A stretch of 64,000 nucleotides of DNA, from contig OZ249436.1 of assembly GCA_965235115.1 (NCBI GenBank), forward strand, positions 27,282,001-27,346,000. Direction: 5' to 3'. Made by a program: the position numbers and the translations under genes. Origin of the DNA: Laetmonice hystrix (Eukaryota). Of the stretch, positions 45,501 through 59,798 are shown in pieces (positions within the stretch are counted from its first letter, which is position 1; each line of letters begins with the position of its first letter). Below the pieces are notes generated by a model. It was not told where the DNA came from. It saw only the letters and a list, made by a program, of their open reading frames with translations, and did no database searches.

Positions 45501-48129
45501 AATGTTTGATGCGAGAACTTCTTTTGGTATTTGTCGGGGCTTTTTACACGGCATGTAGTAGTATTACTTCCGGATACATGCATTCCTTGGAATAGTGATA
45601 TATGCAACAATAGCTCGGGTCGCCTTATAACCACAGGCGTGTGTGTGTTCTCTGTGTCAAGTCTCGTATCTCGCTCAGTATATGCCTTCACTCTGAACTC
45701 TGGAGGGCAGGATGACAAACACCATACACAATCTGTGTATGGCATAGGAGTGTTCATTGATGATGAAGCTGCAGCCTTTTATTTTCTCCTGAATTCATGA
45801 CATTGTCACATGAGACATAATGTGCATGGATAGTGTTCGCATACGCATATTTCTGTTATGTGTCTCCCTGAGACTAGTATATCTTGGTCATTGGCCAGTT
45901 GGTTTTGTCTCCGATATGATGGCAAGGGTGAGTTGAACTGCAACATTACAATAACGCAATTGTTACCACAGATAAGAATGCCAACTTGGTCGTAGCCATA
46001 TGCTGGTCACATTTGTTAGTGTCAATAGTTCACCTGACTGGAGAACATTAGAATTCCCAACCTCCTGATTAAATTGAACCGCTGGCCTCCTCTCAGTTTT
46101 CATTTATCAATAATTATTGCAGTTTTTTTCTATCTAAATGAGTATTAATTGACGTGTGTGAGATTTGGAAGCGGTTGTTGACACTTGATCGCCCTAGGAC
46201 GTTAATCTTACTGCTGCCAGCCATGCTGTCAGCCTGGTCAGCCGGGCAGGGGAACAAAAAAAAACCTCCGTCGGCGGACCGGCCGCCGAGGGCAACACAC
46301 GAACCTTCCCAGATGGACTTCCTTGGCAACCTGTCTCTGTTATGACTGGAGGTCATGACCTTGGACCTGGGGTGACCTGCCAGCTGACCTCACGGCTCGC
46401 CCCACGCGGAGGTGAGTGGTGGAGTCAGTGAGGCTGTGTGGAGACAGGGTTTGGTTGCCGTGCCGTGACGATTGGTCGGGGGTGAATTCAGTGGCCGAAT
46501 ATTCAGTCTGAGCAACGTTAGCATTAGGGTGAGCGAGGCTGAAATTGTATCCTGCGCATCAGCGCTGGCAGAAGTGATGGGAAAACGGTCAGAAAGCAGC
46601 GATTATTGTGACATCCATTAGTCATCCGTCCTGTCCACGATGAGTGGCTGCAGTTTCAGAGGCTGAACAGAATGTAAAAATGCCCCGGCTCTCCCAAATG
46701 CACATAGAATATTAATCTCCACCTCTATCGTGGCGGCCGGCAGCATAGGATCGATAGGGTTAAATTATGGTTTCATAAAGAATGCCCTTACTAATAGGAA
46801 TTTATGTCTGAGGCAGCGGCTGCACCTACTGTTCTTGCAAGTAATGGTCTCTAAAGTCTGCTGTAGTTCAGATTTATGCAGCGCCAAAAGCGAGTTTGAT
46901 TACAATTAAGGATTAGATATCTTGTCAGGCATCCAGCTAGGGCAGAGCGAGTGCAAGGCAGCTGGGATTGGCTTACACACACTTGACAAGGCTGTAAAGT
47001 AAAGAGATAAAAGCTGCTGCGATTACCTCGCTGTGAGAGGCTTTGATCTACATCACTCGGCATCAGGGTGTGGAGAGAGGCAGTCGGTTTCCTTGATAAC
47101 AACCCACCTCGGCCGGCCTATCAATGGTGTGAGCCAAGTGATTGGGATAATGTGCACGGAGTGGGCACAATGGAATCAGGTTACTGGGAGTGGGGCAGGG
47201 TTCCTACCTGATTGATGACAGTATAGAAGGGAGAGACATTGTCTACTGGAATATCAGATCTACGATGATGTTTTCGTGTGTTCCAGTGATGGCTCTTTAA
47301 GCAAAGTGAAGGGGAGATATGTATGGTTTAAAAGCTCGCCAGACCTTGTCTTATTATACAGTTATAAGAAGGACCCACAGTAGTTGAGGCACTGCCGCTG
47401 GATGCTGGGGTTCTCCACCAATCGAACAGCGTGCTCGTCGTTCAGACCATGAGGGAATTTCCAGGAGATCCGGTATAAACTACCCCTCCGGTCCTATTAT
47501 ACCAGGAGCCTAATTGCTTTCAAATAAGGCAAATTAAAAGAGTAGCCTACCGATCTCATATTTATTGAGCAATTATTTCAATTTCCATGAGACCAATTCA
47601 TTATGTTCTGCTTGAAGAACGGAACACATGACTTTGACTAGAAGCCAGTGAGTGGCAGAAATGGCTTACCACTAAATATGATAAGATTTGCATAAATTAA
47701 TTGCAATCAATCAAAGAACGGTAATGCAAATGATGAAAACGTGACAGGAGTTTTTGAGTCAAAATTGCAAATGAGGTTTCCAGTGCTGCATATTTCATAG
47801 AAAGTTTCAATTACGACTTTAATTACCCCGGCTCCACAAATAGAGACTGACGTTGATGGCACAGCTTTAATCCACCTTGATTACGATATGCCGCGAGGCG
47901 TCCTTGCAAAAATATACACCACTGCCTCAATTCGTGTTTGACTAAATCAGCACTGATGCCGTTATCCCTTTCATCATTTCAGTGTTTAATATGCATTACT
48001 GCATGGAAGAGATGAGGTATTCTTCTGGTTTGTAATGACAATCCGACTGCAGTAACAGCGACAGCCAACATGGCCACTCAATGAATGCTCTTTGAATCAC
48101 ACAGCCAGGATGGAGTCATTTAAAATAGG

Positions 48130-48704
48130 GCTGAGGCTGGTGCATGGCTTGTGGCAGGGAAGGCAGGCTCCCGAGGCTCATGCTGAGGCTGGTGCATGGC
48201 TTGTGGCAGGGAAGGCAGGCTCCCGAGGCTCATGCCGAGGCTGGTGCATGGCTTGTGGCAGGGAAGGCAGGCTCCCGTGGCTTATGCCGAGGCTGGTGCA
48301 TGGCTTGTGGCAGGGAAGGCAGGCTGCCGAGGCTCATGCTGAGGCTGGTGCATGGCTTGTGGCAGGGAAGGCAGGCTGCCGAGGCTCATGCTGAGGCTGG
48401 TGCATGGCTTGTGGCAGGGAAGGCAGGCTCCCGAGGCTCATGCTGAGGCTGATGCATGGCTTGTGGCAGGGAAGGCAGGCTCCCGTGGCTTATGCCGAGG
48501 CTGGTGCATGGCTTGTGGCAGGGAAGGCAGGCTGCCGAGGCTCATGCTGAGGCTGGTGCATGGCTTGTGGCAGGGAAGGCAGGCTGCCGAGGCTCACGCT
48601 GAGGCTGGTGCATGGCTTGTGGCAGGGAAGGCAGGCTGCCGAGGCTCATGCTGAGGCTGGTGCATGGCTTGTGGCAGGGAAGGCAGGCTCCCGTGGCTCA
48701 TGCT
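48130..48704. repeat. Minisatellite, 52-bp unit, ~11 copies
   Basis: Unit gctgaggctggtgcatggcttgtggcagggaaggcaggctcccgaggctcat. Confidence 0.96.
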
Positions 48705-50155
48705 CAGGTTTAGAAGAAGGAATTTTTAACTTTCCGGGTTCAAAGAGTGCTAAATCTATGAGAATATGTAGTGAAAATTCGGGAATATGAAAATTGTGAA
48801 ACCACATTGGTATCTATAAAAGAGTAGAGGATTATGTACATGGTACCTATTACCTTGTAAGGTTTGAATAGAAACAGATAGCTTCTCTCATCGCAAGCAA
48901 CGTCATCAGTTATAGCTATCAGAATACGTTGGTGTTAAAATAATTCTATACGCTTCTATACAATCAGTGGTTGTTTGGAATGCTAGCCCGGAATAAACGT
49001 CAGTATTGTTTTGTAACCTTATTGTATCGCTACGTATATCGAGGTAGTAGCATATTATATTATGATCTGAATACTACGACAACAAATGTTCAGAGAGAAC
49101 ATGCATGCACTCACACTTTGCAGACAATGGGGAAACACAATGCATAAATGTTTGTTATTTGCCGAGCTATTTTGCCGAGAAACGCCAATATTACACAATA
49201 GAACTAAGAAGGCATCCTACTCGCCTGTAATACAGTTGATATCCACTCATATAATACCACTTACTGCTAAATAAGACGGATAATTCATAGGTTCCAACAG
49301 CCGAACTTCAGACATGCTGCGTGCCATGAACGTCTGACATATATACGGACATCAAGGAGATTAGACTGACTGTTCAAGTCGTGCGACAGTCCCCATCGAA
49401 AGTGTATTGGATTTTACGGCAAGAATATCAGGGGAAGTGCGCAATGAGTTATCCTAGTGCTTACCGTTCTGTCATGTGCTCTGTTTACACCATCATAGCC
49501 AGAATTCCATTTCATACTCCAATGATTAAATTTAATTAGGTAGGTTTATCACAGCAAATAGGCAGCTTGGATAGCCGCGCTGAAGAAAAATGGCTGCGTG
49601 CATAAAATTCTGATGAACGAGTTGCGTGCAGTTGTGTTCGCATTTTGTTATTTGTCAGTCGGTCTTGTCGTAAAGACAGTAATCAGGGTGACATGTAGTT
49701 GTGGCGTTATGTGGAGGGTAATGAGTCGTTTGCGTTAAGCGGGGGTTGTTATAGCAGGTTGTTAGATATTAGAGGAGGTAGATTTCTTTTATTGTCAATG
49801 AATGTCAACATCTGATTGTGGGCCATGGGGTAGGGTAAAACGGTTGCTGAAACAGCGGATTTACTACACTCCACTAATATATGACTGAGACATATAATGA
49901 ACTGAAGAATGCGTCGAGGTGAAGAAATACGCTGGTGTAATTACACGTCTGTAATGAGACTCTCAAATAATAACCTGGTTGAGCATAAATTACGATTGAA
50001 TGATAATTACTATTAGATGATGAATCCAATTCCAGGCCGTTAAAGCAGTGGAAGAAAGCCCTCCCCCTTCCCCCTTCCCCCTTCCCCCAACCTCTACGTT
50101 GTATTATGTGGACCCAGCCTGTGAGAGCAGTGGGGGACTACCGCTCCCCCTCCTC

Positions 50156-50162
50156 CTGCTCT

Positions 50163-50200
<38 letters not shown>

Positions 50201-50255
50201 CTGTTGCTCCCGTTGCTGCTGCTGCTGCTGCTGCTCCTGCAGCTGCTGTTGCTGT
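50156..50255. repeat. Imperfect (CTG)n microsatellite
   Basis: About 30 CTG/TTG triplets. Confidence 0.9.
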
Positions 50256-52449
50256 TCCAGCCGACATGGGTGTGGAGTCCCCCCTTCTTGTTGCTCTCAC
50301 CATCGGCTCACGTTGGTTGGGAGTACCGTCCCTGGGGGAGAGTTGGAGATTGCGTTTCTCTGCTCGTATTCATTGTGAATGAGATGTCAGTGGAAGTGGG
50401 TGAGGGAAAGACCACTCCGGAACACTGCCGACAGCCTCCAGCTCTGTGTGATGTGGATAAATCCCCTGCTAGGTCTGTCAGGTGCCCGCAGCAGTATTGA
50501 TTCAGGCCTAGTCTGTCGCCACACCACCAACCGATCGGTTCCTACATCTTTTACAGGCCGCGCCATTAGGAGGAGGTCAATGGAAAAATGTATTGGAGTT
50601 GAAGAGAGCTGTAGCGAGGATCACTCAAAGGACCGAATTGTTTCGAACAGCATTTATGTTTCCAGATCATGTTCTTGTACAAAACGAGTTTTTACTCGAT
50701 CAGATATAAATAAATGATGAGCGAACACAGCGACTGTTGGAGGAAAAGAGCAGTGTACACAGGCGTTCTTTGTTTATGTCGAAGGAGAACTCCAACTAAG
50801 ATGAAATATACATTCCGAATTTTAGTTTCAGGTTTTATGAGAAGCCAATGCCAAACCCCATGAAAGGGTGAAATAATGGAGTGAGGTGAAAAGTATAGTT
50901 TAGACGTTTGTTGGGTATTGGTTATGTTGATTGAGATAATTTGTCATAGTGTGAATATATCATGTTGTCTGGGTGTAACAGTGATTGTCGTTTTATTCTG
51001 AGTTTTGCTGTTGGTCTGTATGTGAAGGTCTTGCGCAAATAGAAATTACCAGACACATGCTAGATTGGAAAGCGCTTTAAACAACCATATCATGACAGAG
51101 CATTTTGCAAACCTTTTCCATTTTTATGCATTTATTAATTTTCTACCTGAGATTATTTTCTTATCTTTCTCATTAAGTGGAGGTTGTGATTACTGTAGGT
51201 CTTCGCCTTTTTGTTCAGTTATGTAGTGAAATTGAAATTAATATCACTGTTACATGGAAGTGGATTTATTTCTTTTATCAGAAAACATCAGCGTAATAAA
51301 TGGAGTAATAAAATATATTTTATGATATACATCCGTGGCCCCCTGTCATCTGAAATTAAAGCAGATTAAGGCAAGACTTCAGATGTTAAAGATTTTACCT
51401 GTTTTTAGTTGACCGACTTCTCAGTGATCAAAAATTGATGGACTCTTTGGTTGTTAATTAGTATTAATTGCACTGGGAAAGGCTGGCCCCCGTGTGGTCC
51501 GCTTATAAATTACTTCAGATTCTCCCGTTTCCCTTTAAATGTCAGTCGCACTTTTAGCTACAGAAATGCGTGTGTTTTTTTAGGTCAAGAATGTCAATCC
51601 TATTTTTGGTTGCCTTATGGCAGTGAAGGGAAAGAAAGAAACAGAAAAGAACGTCTCAGATGACAGTTATGATGATCACAGTTCACATACTTAAAAATGG
51701 ATAGAGTGAAATTGTGGCATTAGTATTGTGTTCAGTTCAGATTGCGCGCGCACACCCCCCACCCCCCCCCCCCCCCCCCCCCCCCCCCCATTTCTCCTTT
51801 ACTCGGGATGAGACCTTCAGACAAGATAGAAATTAAATTACGCTCGGCAATCTGATGTAGATATCAATGAATGTTAACACGTTGGTGTGATCAGTGTAAA
51901 CGTATTTCTGGCCGCGGACAGTGAGCATTGCTAATGCTCCGACATCGTATCGACGTCTTGTAATACGTGTTTTACCTCATCAAATCTGGTCTGGATTTGT
52001 GCGAGGGGACGAGATTGTGGTGATGGTGGGGTGGGGGGGGGGTGCTGCTCGTTCATGGCCGTCCGTGGACCAGATGTACACCCGTGGAGTGATGGATCAT
52101 CAGTGATATATCGTTAATGTCGGTGTTCTCAGCCCGCCAGCTGAGCCCTGGAGTGGGCGTGGAGGGTTGGGCGTGCCGGGCGGTGCTGTCTGACCTGTCT
52201 ATCCTTCGGCTACACTCCTCAGGTCTAACAGTAGACCAGCTGATCTAGGAACCGATCTCTCAAACCCTCCACCAGAACTACTAATGACTACTCGTATCTG
52301 CAGGCCCCACAGCTAGCCGTCATGTGCTTAGCACCTTGCAGCGCGGGTATCGGGTACGGAGCCAATACGGTCGGATTGATCATTGATCCTGCTAGGTTGT
52401 GAACAGATTAGACCGACCGAGCGCGCGGCCGGGCAGGCTGCAGTCTGCT

Positions 52450-52547
52450 GCCACCCACTGCCGGCCAGCCTGGCCAGTCTCCGCCCCCCACTGCCGGCCA
52501 GCCTGGCCAGTCTCCGCCACCCACTGCCGGCCAGCCTGGCCAGTCTC
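52450..52547. repeat. 33-bp tandem repeat x3
   Basis: Unit cgccacccactgccggccagcctggccagtctc. Confidence 0.85.
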
Positions 52548-54782
52548 AGGTCAAGTCACGACCGCCATCTATAAAACCTCTCCACCCTCCCCCACGGCTC
52601 CGGTACCTGCTAATTATGGTGGGACATGCGGTGGGACATTCAGCAACATGGTTAGTTGGTTTGTTGGTCCTCTCCAACAATACGTGACCGAAATGATCTC
52701 ATCCCAGAAGGGATCTCCTTCAAGCAATTACGACCAGATTTTTCTTCTCCTCGGCAAAGGGGCTATTACAGCTTAATAACGCTAAGGTTCCGTTCAGCCT
52801 GAAAGTGGCATGAGCTGAGACTGGCTAGACACGTATTGAAATATGTGGAGGGTAGGAGATGTAAACAGATACTAAGTGGGTTGTCTGTACGGGGACCAGG
52901 GGTCATTTGGCGCTGACCTCACATACACATAGTTCCCTTTATAAGCCAGATCTGAGATTGGCTCGTATATTAACAGCACGCACTGCGAAAACAGCAAATC
53001 ATCTGAACCGTAATTCTACCACTACATCTGTTAAATCCTGTCCTTTCCAAACAAAAAACAAAAAGGAAAAACGTCTGCAACATGAGATATCATTTTGCCC
53101 AGTTCGGATGCTCGAGCCAGATGGTTTACTCGTGAATGTGGCCGGTTGGTGTGACCTGCGGCTCTGTTCTCGAGCCAGCGCTAGTGGCTCGGACAGCTCT
53201 GTTGACATGCTTTGTATGGCCTCATAGTTTGTACACAAATTGGCTGACACGGGAGGTCAGCTTACAGCGGCCGCCGGCTAGGGCCTGCCGGGGGCGAGTT
53301 GACGGTCTGTCGGTGGAGTCAGCCCCGGGACAGGCGGGAGGTCAGGGGGAGGGAGGGTGGTTCCCAGAACCCCCGCCCCCCACCCCCGTCCTCCCTTGTC
53401 ATCTGCCAGCCAGCACGGCCAGATAACAGCGTGCCCTGCGGTTTGTTTGACGTAAGGCACACTGACATTTAAACAGACATTTGTCTCTGATAACCTCTCA
53501 AGTTCTATTACAAATTGGAATAGCATTCACAAACTGCGGGTGAGTGATAATGTGTGGTTAAAGATAAAATACCCAACACGAAGGCTGGGGTTGGGAGGGA
53601 GAGGAAAGGTTGGGGACTGCATGAGAAATTAAATGTCACGTTGGCGGCTGATAGAACACTTTAGAGATCAGATCAATATATTGTCGAGCGTAGAAATACC
53701 AAGGTTGGCAATGAAGGTCTATGAGGCATTGTACCCTATAGGCAGACAAAGCATTGGTTCTCATAGGAAGGGTTATACTCAGCATGCTTTATTTGTACGC
53801 GGATGCTTCACTAGAAAAATTGCAATATCTGAATTACTGTTTACTGTGGAAAGGTGTCGAGTAATTAAGCCTGCTAAACTTAGGAACGGCAGAAAATATT
53901 GAATGGCCAGTTTTGTAGGCTCTAAACCTGGACACCCCCCCCCCCCAACCGACCTTCACCGTCCCTGTGCCTGGCCCCGGCCAGTGTTGTAACCCTATCT
54001 CCAGCCCTCGAAATGTACTCGGTCTCAACTGGTCTCCACCAGACGGTACCAAATTACGACAAGATTGACTATCACAATGGAGGAGCTCTTCTCCCGATTA
54101 GATTTTCGATGGAATAATGGGAAACTTAATCTGCGGAACTCATTGAAATGTTGGCTTGCTAAACAAATACGATAATCCTCTATTGTTTGAAATAAGGCAT
54201 GGTTAGATCAGGAGTTACTGTTTTGTCTTTGCTGATTGTGCAAGAGTATGCAAGAGTATTTGGTAAATCGTTTTCAGTAACTGAGTTGACTGTAGCCAGT
54301 GTAAGGGGGTTTTAGCCAAACTAGAACTGAGATCAAACTTGGTAAAATACCAAATTTAACCGAATTCAGATTAACACAACTTATATGTGATCATAAAAAT
54401 GATGCGGGAAAATTACGTTGTGTTTAGGAGATACACATGTACCGAAGTGGAGAACACAGTAAAGAAGTGCCATAAGTTACAGACATTGGGAATGTAGACG
54501 TATGCGTGGTTAACGGGCTTGATAACTTTAGTAAAACGTAACGGTCGCGTCATTAATATTGTATGTTTTTACCATTACTATCAGCCGGTAGTGCTGCTTT
54601 GAAGGTTGATTTGAAATATCGCTAATGGAACTGCCATATACTAAAAGAAGTTCGCTAAATGTTTGTGGACAAAGCGGTGGAAGTGTTGTGAATGTGCCTG
54701 GTACAAGATTAAGCCATCTGGCCGGCTGGTTTCGACCTGGAGGCAGGGATGGGATGCCTCCTCCTGTTCCTGCTGGTCCTCT

Positions 54783-55030
54783 CTCCTCCTGACCTCCACT
54801 GAGAAACGGTTGTCTCCTCCGGACCTCCACTGAGAAACGGTTGTCTCCTCCGGACCTCCACTGAGAAACGGTTGTCTCCTCCGGACCTCCACTGAGAAAC
54901 GGTTGTCTCCTCCGGACCTCCACTGAGAAACGGTTGTCTCCTCCGGACCTCCACTGAGAAACGGTTTTCTCCTCCTGACCTTCACTGAGAAACGGTTGTC
55001 TCCTTCGGACCTCCACTGAGAAATGGTTGT
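54783..55030. repeat. Minisatellite, 31-bp unit, ~8 copies
   Basis: Unit ggacctccactgagaaacggttgtctcctcc. Confidence 0.95.
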
Positions 55031-55285
55031 CGGTTGCCAGCGCCTTCAGATCCAGTGACAGCTTGTCTTATGACGGGTCTGAGCAACGAGGCAGTTAGGT
55101 TGAGAAGGAAACAGGTTGTGGTCAAGAAAGGTCATTGGGTGGCTGGACAGAGGGCGGGTACTTATCAAGGGTAGCCGAAGGGTCGGCAGCCGGCCAGCTG
55201 ACAGGTGTCATACCCGCGGCAGGAGCCGTGAGCGACCGCCCTGATGAACTCGCATTAGAGTGGCAGTTTTTCCATCCAAACACAT

Positions 55286-55574
55286 ATAGCCCTAGGGATA
55301 TTTAGAGGCTTCTGATTGGTTCTGGCAGAGCCCGCACCCCTGACCTCCACCCTAGGTGTACGCCCCTCGGTTAGGGTTAGGGTAAGGCTAGGATTATGTT
55401 AGCCTAGGTCTATTTGAATCAACCGCATTTGTGCGTTTCCTGAGGGTCTTGGTTCGGTATCGGCAAATGGCGTAAGATTGAGAAATTGAGTAGGACAACG
55501 TTAGATAGGGCCTAATGTGTTCTGACCTAGATGCCAACGCCAGTCAGAAGCCTCTAAATATTTCCTAAGGCTAT
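55286..55574. mobile_element. Short TIR element (MITE) with internal ggttag repeats
   Basis: atagccctagggatatttagaggcttctgattgg inverted as ccagtcagaagcctctaaatatttcctaaggctat; no TSD recognised. Confidence 0.65.
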
Positions 55575-56571
55575 GTCGTTGGGAGGGGGGGGGGAGTTTA
55601 GTAGCACTTTGTGCTTTTTTTTATAGCGCTACATTCTACATTCCAATTTATGAGCGGGGATTTAATCACATACTGTACATATGACAGATTCTATGTTTAT
55701 GATTTTATCTACCATAATATGAGCCAACTGCCAGGGGTGTCGGCGTTACCAGCGTAGCGCTTGCACAGATCCGTACCTTTGCAGCAGGGGCCCATTTTGA
55801 AGTACGCACCGGCAAAGGATCTGCTAGTATCAAAACATGGAAACCCTCGGACTGCAAACCTGGATTAATTTCCTCGGTTAGATAATGATTACATTGGCAT
55901 TTTGGTTGCGCATCTCCTGTGTATGTACGTGCACGTGTTTTTATGTACGAGTGTGAGAACATGATCTCGTCACAGGATATAAAGGTGACAGGTTTTCCCT
56001 AGCAGCTCCGTTTTTTCTCGAGAGAGCACGTAGCAGTGTTAGCAGTGCTGACATTTAAGGAGACATTTTGACCTTCAAGCATATCCATTGAGACGATCAC
56101 GTTACCAGAATGTAACCGCCAATTAGAAATTTATTTTGCAACCACTTTTATTACCCTCATGATTTCCACATGAAAAGGAACGTTTTTAAAATTTGGTTTT
56201 CACAAATATGTTCTAGCAGCGTGCGCCAGTAGAAGCTCTAGTAGAACTAATTATGCGGCCTTTTGAATTTTAGCAACTATTCTGCCGATTAGTAACTAGG
56301 TGTTTACAGAGGACAAGGGAAAGGTCAAGGTACATCATATTATATCAATTTGTCATGGGTTAGTTTTTAAACTTTCTGTCCATGTCGCGACTATTAGAAG
56401 TCCACCACTACTCACTCACTCACTCACTCAGACAGGTATTTCTCACCATGCTATTTAAGCTGATTCGACCATTGACTCGGTGGCTGTTCAACTGGAGACT
56501 CTCAGAGCACCGACGCCAGTCAGCAGGTGATCGCCGCGAGGTGTTTAGGGCACGCTCAATGAATTGAAACG

Positions 56572-58068
56572 AGGTGTTCGAAACGTGGACCTGCATTGGT
56601 CATCAGCAGGGGGGGGAGGTGTTCTATAAACGTGGACCTGCATTGGTCATCAGCAGGGGGGTGTTCTATAAACGTGGACCTGAATTGGTCATCAGCAGGG
56701 GGGCGGTGTTCTATAAACGTGGACCTGCCTTGGTCATCAGCAGCGGGGTGTTCTATAAACGTGGACCTGCATTGGTCATCAGCAGGGGGGTGTTCTATAA
56801 ACGTGGACCTGCATTGGTCATCAGCAGGGGGGGGGGGCGGTGTTCTATAAACGTGGACCTGCCTTGGTCATCAGCAGGGGGGAGGGGTTCTATAAACGTG
56901 GACCTGCCTTGGTCATCAGCAGGGGGGCGCTGTTCTATAAACGTGGACCTGCATTGGTCATCAGCAGGGGGGGGTGTTCTATAAACGTGGACCTGCCTTG
57001 GTCATCAGCAGGGGGGGGGTGTTCTATAAACGTGGACCTGCATTGGTCATCAGCAGGGGGGAGGTGTTCTATAAACGTGGACCTGCATTGGTCATCAGCA
57101 GGGGGGGGGTGTTCTATAAACGTGGACCTGCATTGGTCATCAGCAGGGGGGGAGGTGTTCTATAAACGTGGACCTGCATTGGTCATCAGCATGGGGGGGG
57201 GGGGGGTGTTCTATAAACGTGGACCTGCATTGGTCATCAGCATGGGGGGAGGTGTTCTATAAACGTGGACCTGCATTGGTCATCAGCAGGGGGGGGAGGT
57301 GTTCTATAAACGTGGACCTGCCTTGGTCATCAGCAGGGGGGGCGGTGTTCTATAAACGTGGACCTGCATTGGTCATCAGCAGGGGGGCGGTGTTCTATAA
57401 ACGTGGACCTGCCTTGGTCACCAGCAGGGGGGGAGGTGTTCTATAAACGTGGACCTGCATTGGTCATCAGCAGCTGGGTGTTCTATAAACGTGGACCTGC
57501 CTTGGTCATCAGCAGGGGGGAGGTGTTCTATAAACGTGGACCTGCCTTGGTCATCAGCAGCGGGGTGTTCTATAAACGTGGACCTGCATTGGTCATCAGC
57601 AGCGGGGTGTTCTATAAACGTGGACCTGCATTGGTCATCAGCAGCGGGGTGTTCTATAAACGTGGACCTGCCTTGGTCATCAGCAGGGGGGGAGGTGTTC
57701 TATAAACGTGGACCTGCCTTGGTCATCAGCAGCGGGGTGTTCTATAAACGTGGACCTGCATTGGTCATCAGCAGCGGGGTGTTCTATAAACGTGGACCTG
57801 CATTGGTCATCAGCAGCGGGGTGTTCTATAAACGTGGACCTGCCTTGGTCATCAGCAGCGGGGTGTTCTATAAACGTGGACCTGCATTGGTCATCAGCAT
57901 GGGGGGGGGGCGGTGTTCTATAAACGTGGACCTGCCTTGGTCATCAGCATGGGGGGGGGGCGGTGTTCTATAAACGTGGACCAACCTTGGTCATCAGCAG
58001 GGGGGAGGTGTTCTATGAACGTGACCGTGCATTGATGCCTGCATTGGTCATCAGCAGGGGGGGGGGGT
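56572..58068. repeat. Minisatellite, 37-bp constant core plus variable G-tract, ~33 copies
   Basis: Core gtgttctataaacgtggacctgc(a/c)ttggtcatcagca followed by a G-rich linker of variable length. Confidence 0.96.
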
Positions 58069-59535
58069 GATTCTCGGTGCTGGCGGACGGGGCGAGTATG
58101 TGGAGAGGGGTGGAACCCCATGTACTCGCTGACAGGCTGTCCATCTCGATTTGACCTGTTCCTGCTCCTAGTCCTGTTCCTCCTGCTCTTGTTCCTGTTC
58201 CTCCACCTGTTTCTCCCCCTCCTCCTCCTCTACCTGGGTTGTGGAGGTCACCGTCCTCCACAGACTTCACATGGAAATCTCGCAGCACGGAAGGTCAATC
58301 TCCCCACAGCGGGTGTTCACCGGAGAGCAGGGGGAGGTGGACGTCGAATCTCTTCGTTTTTTATCTCATTCTTCGGGCTTACGAGCTGGCCTGAATGGTA
58401 CAGTCAGGTCCTAAAGTAGGCAGCTTGTTCTGCCCACTGGGGGCCATGGAGTGTGTGATGTACTTGTGTCTGGTTGGCTGAGATTAGGGTGGGGTTGGGG
58501 TGTAATTGGTCATGTGTAAGGTCCAGAAGAATGAATAAGTGAATAAATGAATGAATGAATGAATGAATGAAACGGGTATAACGTGCAATCAGCGGCAGCC
58601 GGTCAATGTGAAGACGGGAACATGTCTAGAGAATAATAAATTATTAAGAAGTTGATAAGTTTCACATAGGAATATTTTCACACATTTTGCGACCTTACAA
58701 TTATGATCGCAAAGGATGTGAGATACCAAAGGTTGTAATCACAGTATGTACTTGCGGGATATGAAATGATAGCTCATGAAGACAGGAAGAGTCACTTATG
58801 GTAAAAGATCAGATGGAAGAAAAATACATGTTCAAGTGAGTTCCATGGGTCTGAACAAATCACTCTCGAGCTTGGCAAAGAAATAGGATTTGCGGGAAAG
58901 TGTAGCGGAAAGGTTTTCCCATATAAAAAATTGTGGCATTCCCTATCGGTGGTTGTCAGTGGGTGTGTTTGACAGTGATGACGCCGAGACTTATTGTATC
59001 CAGAGAGAGAGAAAGAGAGTGGGAGTTCAAAGGGGCTGACCTGGCAGGAGGCTGGCCTACCCCCTCCCCAGCCCCACATGACAGAGAATCAGACAGGAGC
59101 CCAGTGAAGGTCGCTGGGCCATCAGTCATTGAGCGGCCCCCTGTCGGCAAATTAATTGTTGTCCCGATCACCGCTAGGGGAACGCCAGCCAAAGGGCGTC
59201 ATGACGTGTTCACGTCAGCGTTATTAGGAGAGACAGAAAGTGAGCGGTCGCATAGATAATTCTGGGGGCTCTGTGACATAATGTGTGCATAAAGACGCAA
59301 AGACTGCCAAGGAATTTTTTACTCTTACAGATATTATTCTAAAATGAGAGGAATAGACTCAGTCAGGAAGTATCGAAAAAATGTAGATTGATAAAAAGAA
59401 TCAAGGCAACTACGGAAACATAGAAAGAATAACAATTTGATTCATCCTGCTTTAAAACTGCTACCAAGAAACCCCAAGTTTTTTTTCAAACATCATGTGA
59501 AGATTTCATAAGATGGCTGCGACATTTTGTGTTTT

Positions 59536-59798
59536 TACGGAGCCCTGTTAGGGACATGAAGAAAAAAAATCATTTCTGAGAAAAAAGAATTGTGGTGATA
59601 TCGAAATTACCACGTAGTGACGTCATTAACTCGTTATTACGACTTAATGACGTCACTAAGTCGTTATTACGAGTTAATCGCATTCGTTTCAGAGAAAAAA
59701 ATGGTGGTGATCGCGAAAGTATCACTTAGTGACGTCATTAAGTCGTAATAACGAGTTAATGATGTCACCAAGTGGTAATTTCGAGATCAGGCTCCGTA
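59536..59798. mobile_element. IS3EU-type MITE (263 bp), 6-bp TSD
   Basis: Termini TACGGAGCC / GGCTCCGTA; TGTTTT at 59530-59535 and 59799-59804; internal inverted tgacgtcattaactcgttattacga repeats. Confidence 0.8.

Noticed and set aside
50048..50500. Poly-Leu / poly-Gln / poly-Ala ORFs
   Set aside because: CTG microsatellite; the minus-strand poly-Q frame is closely bounded by stops and no domain is recognisable.
56572..58068. CRISPR-like array (37-bp constant repeat with variable linkers)
   Set aside because: Linkers are short G homopolymers rather than unique spacers; no cas genes; eukaryotic context.
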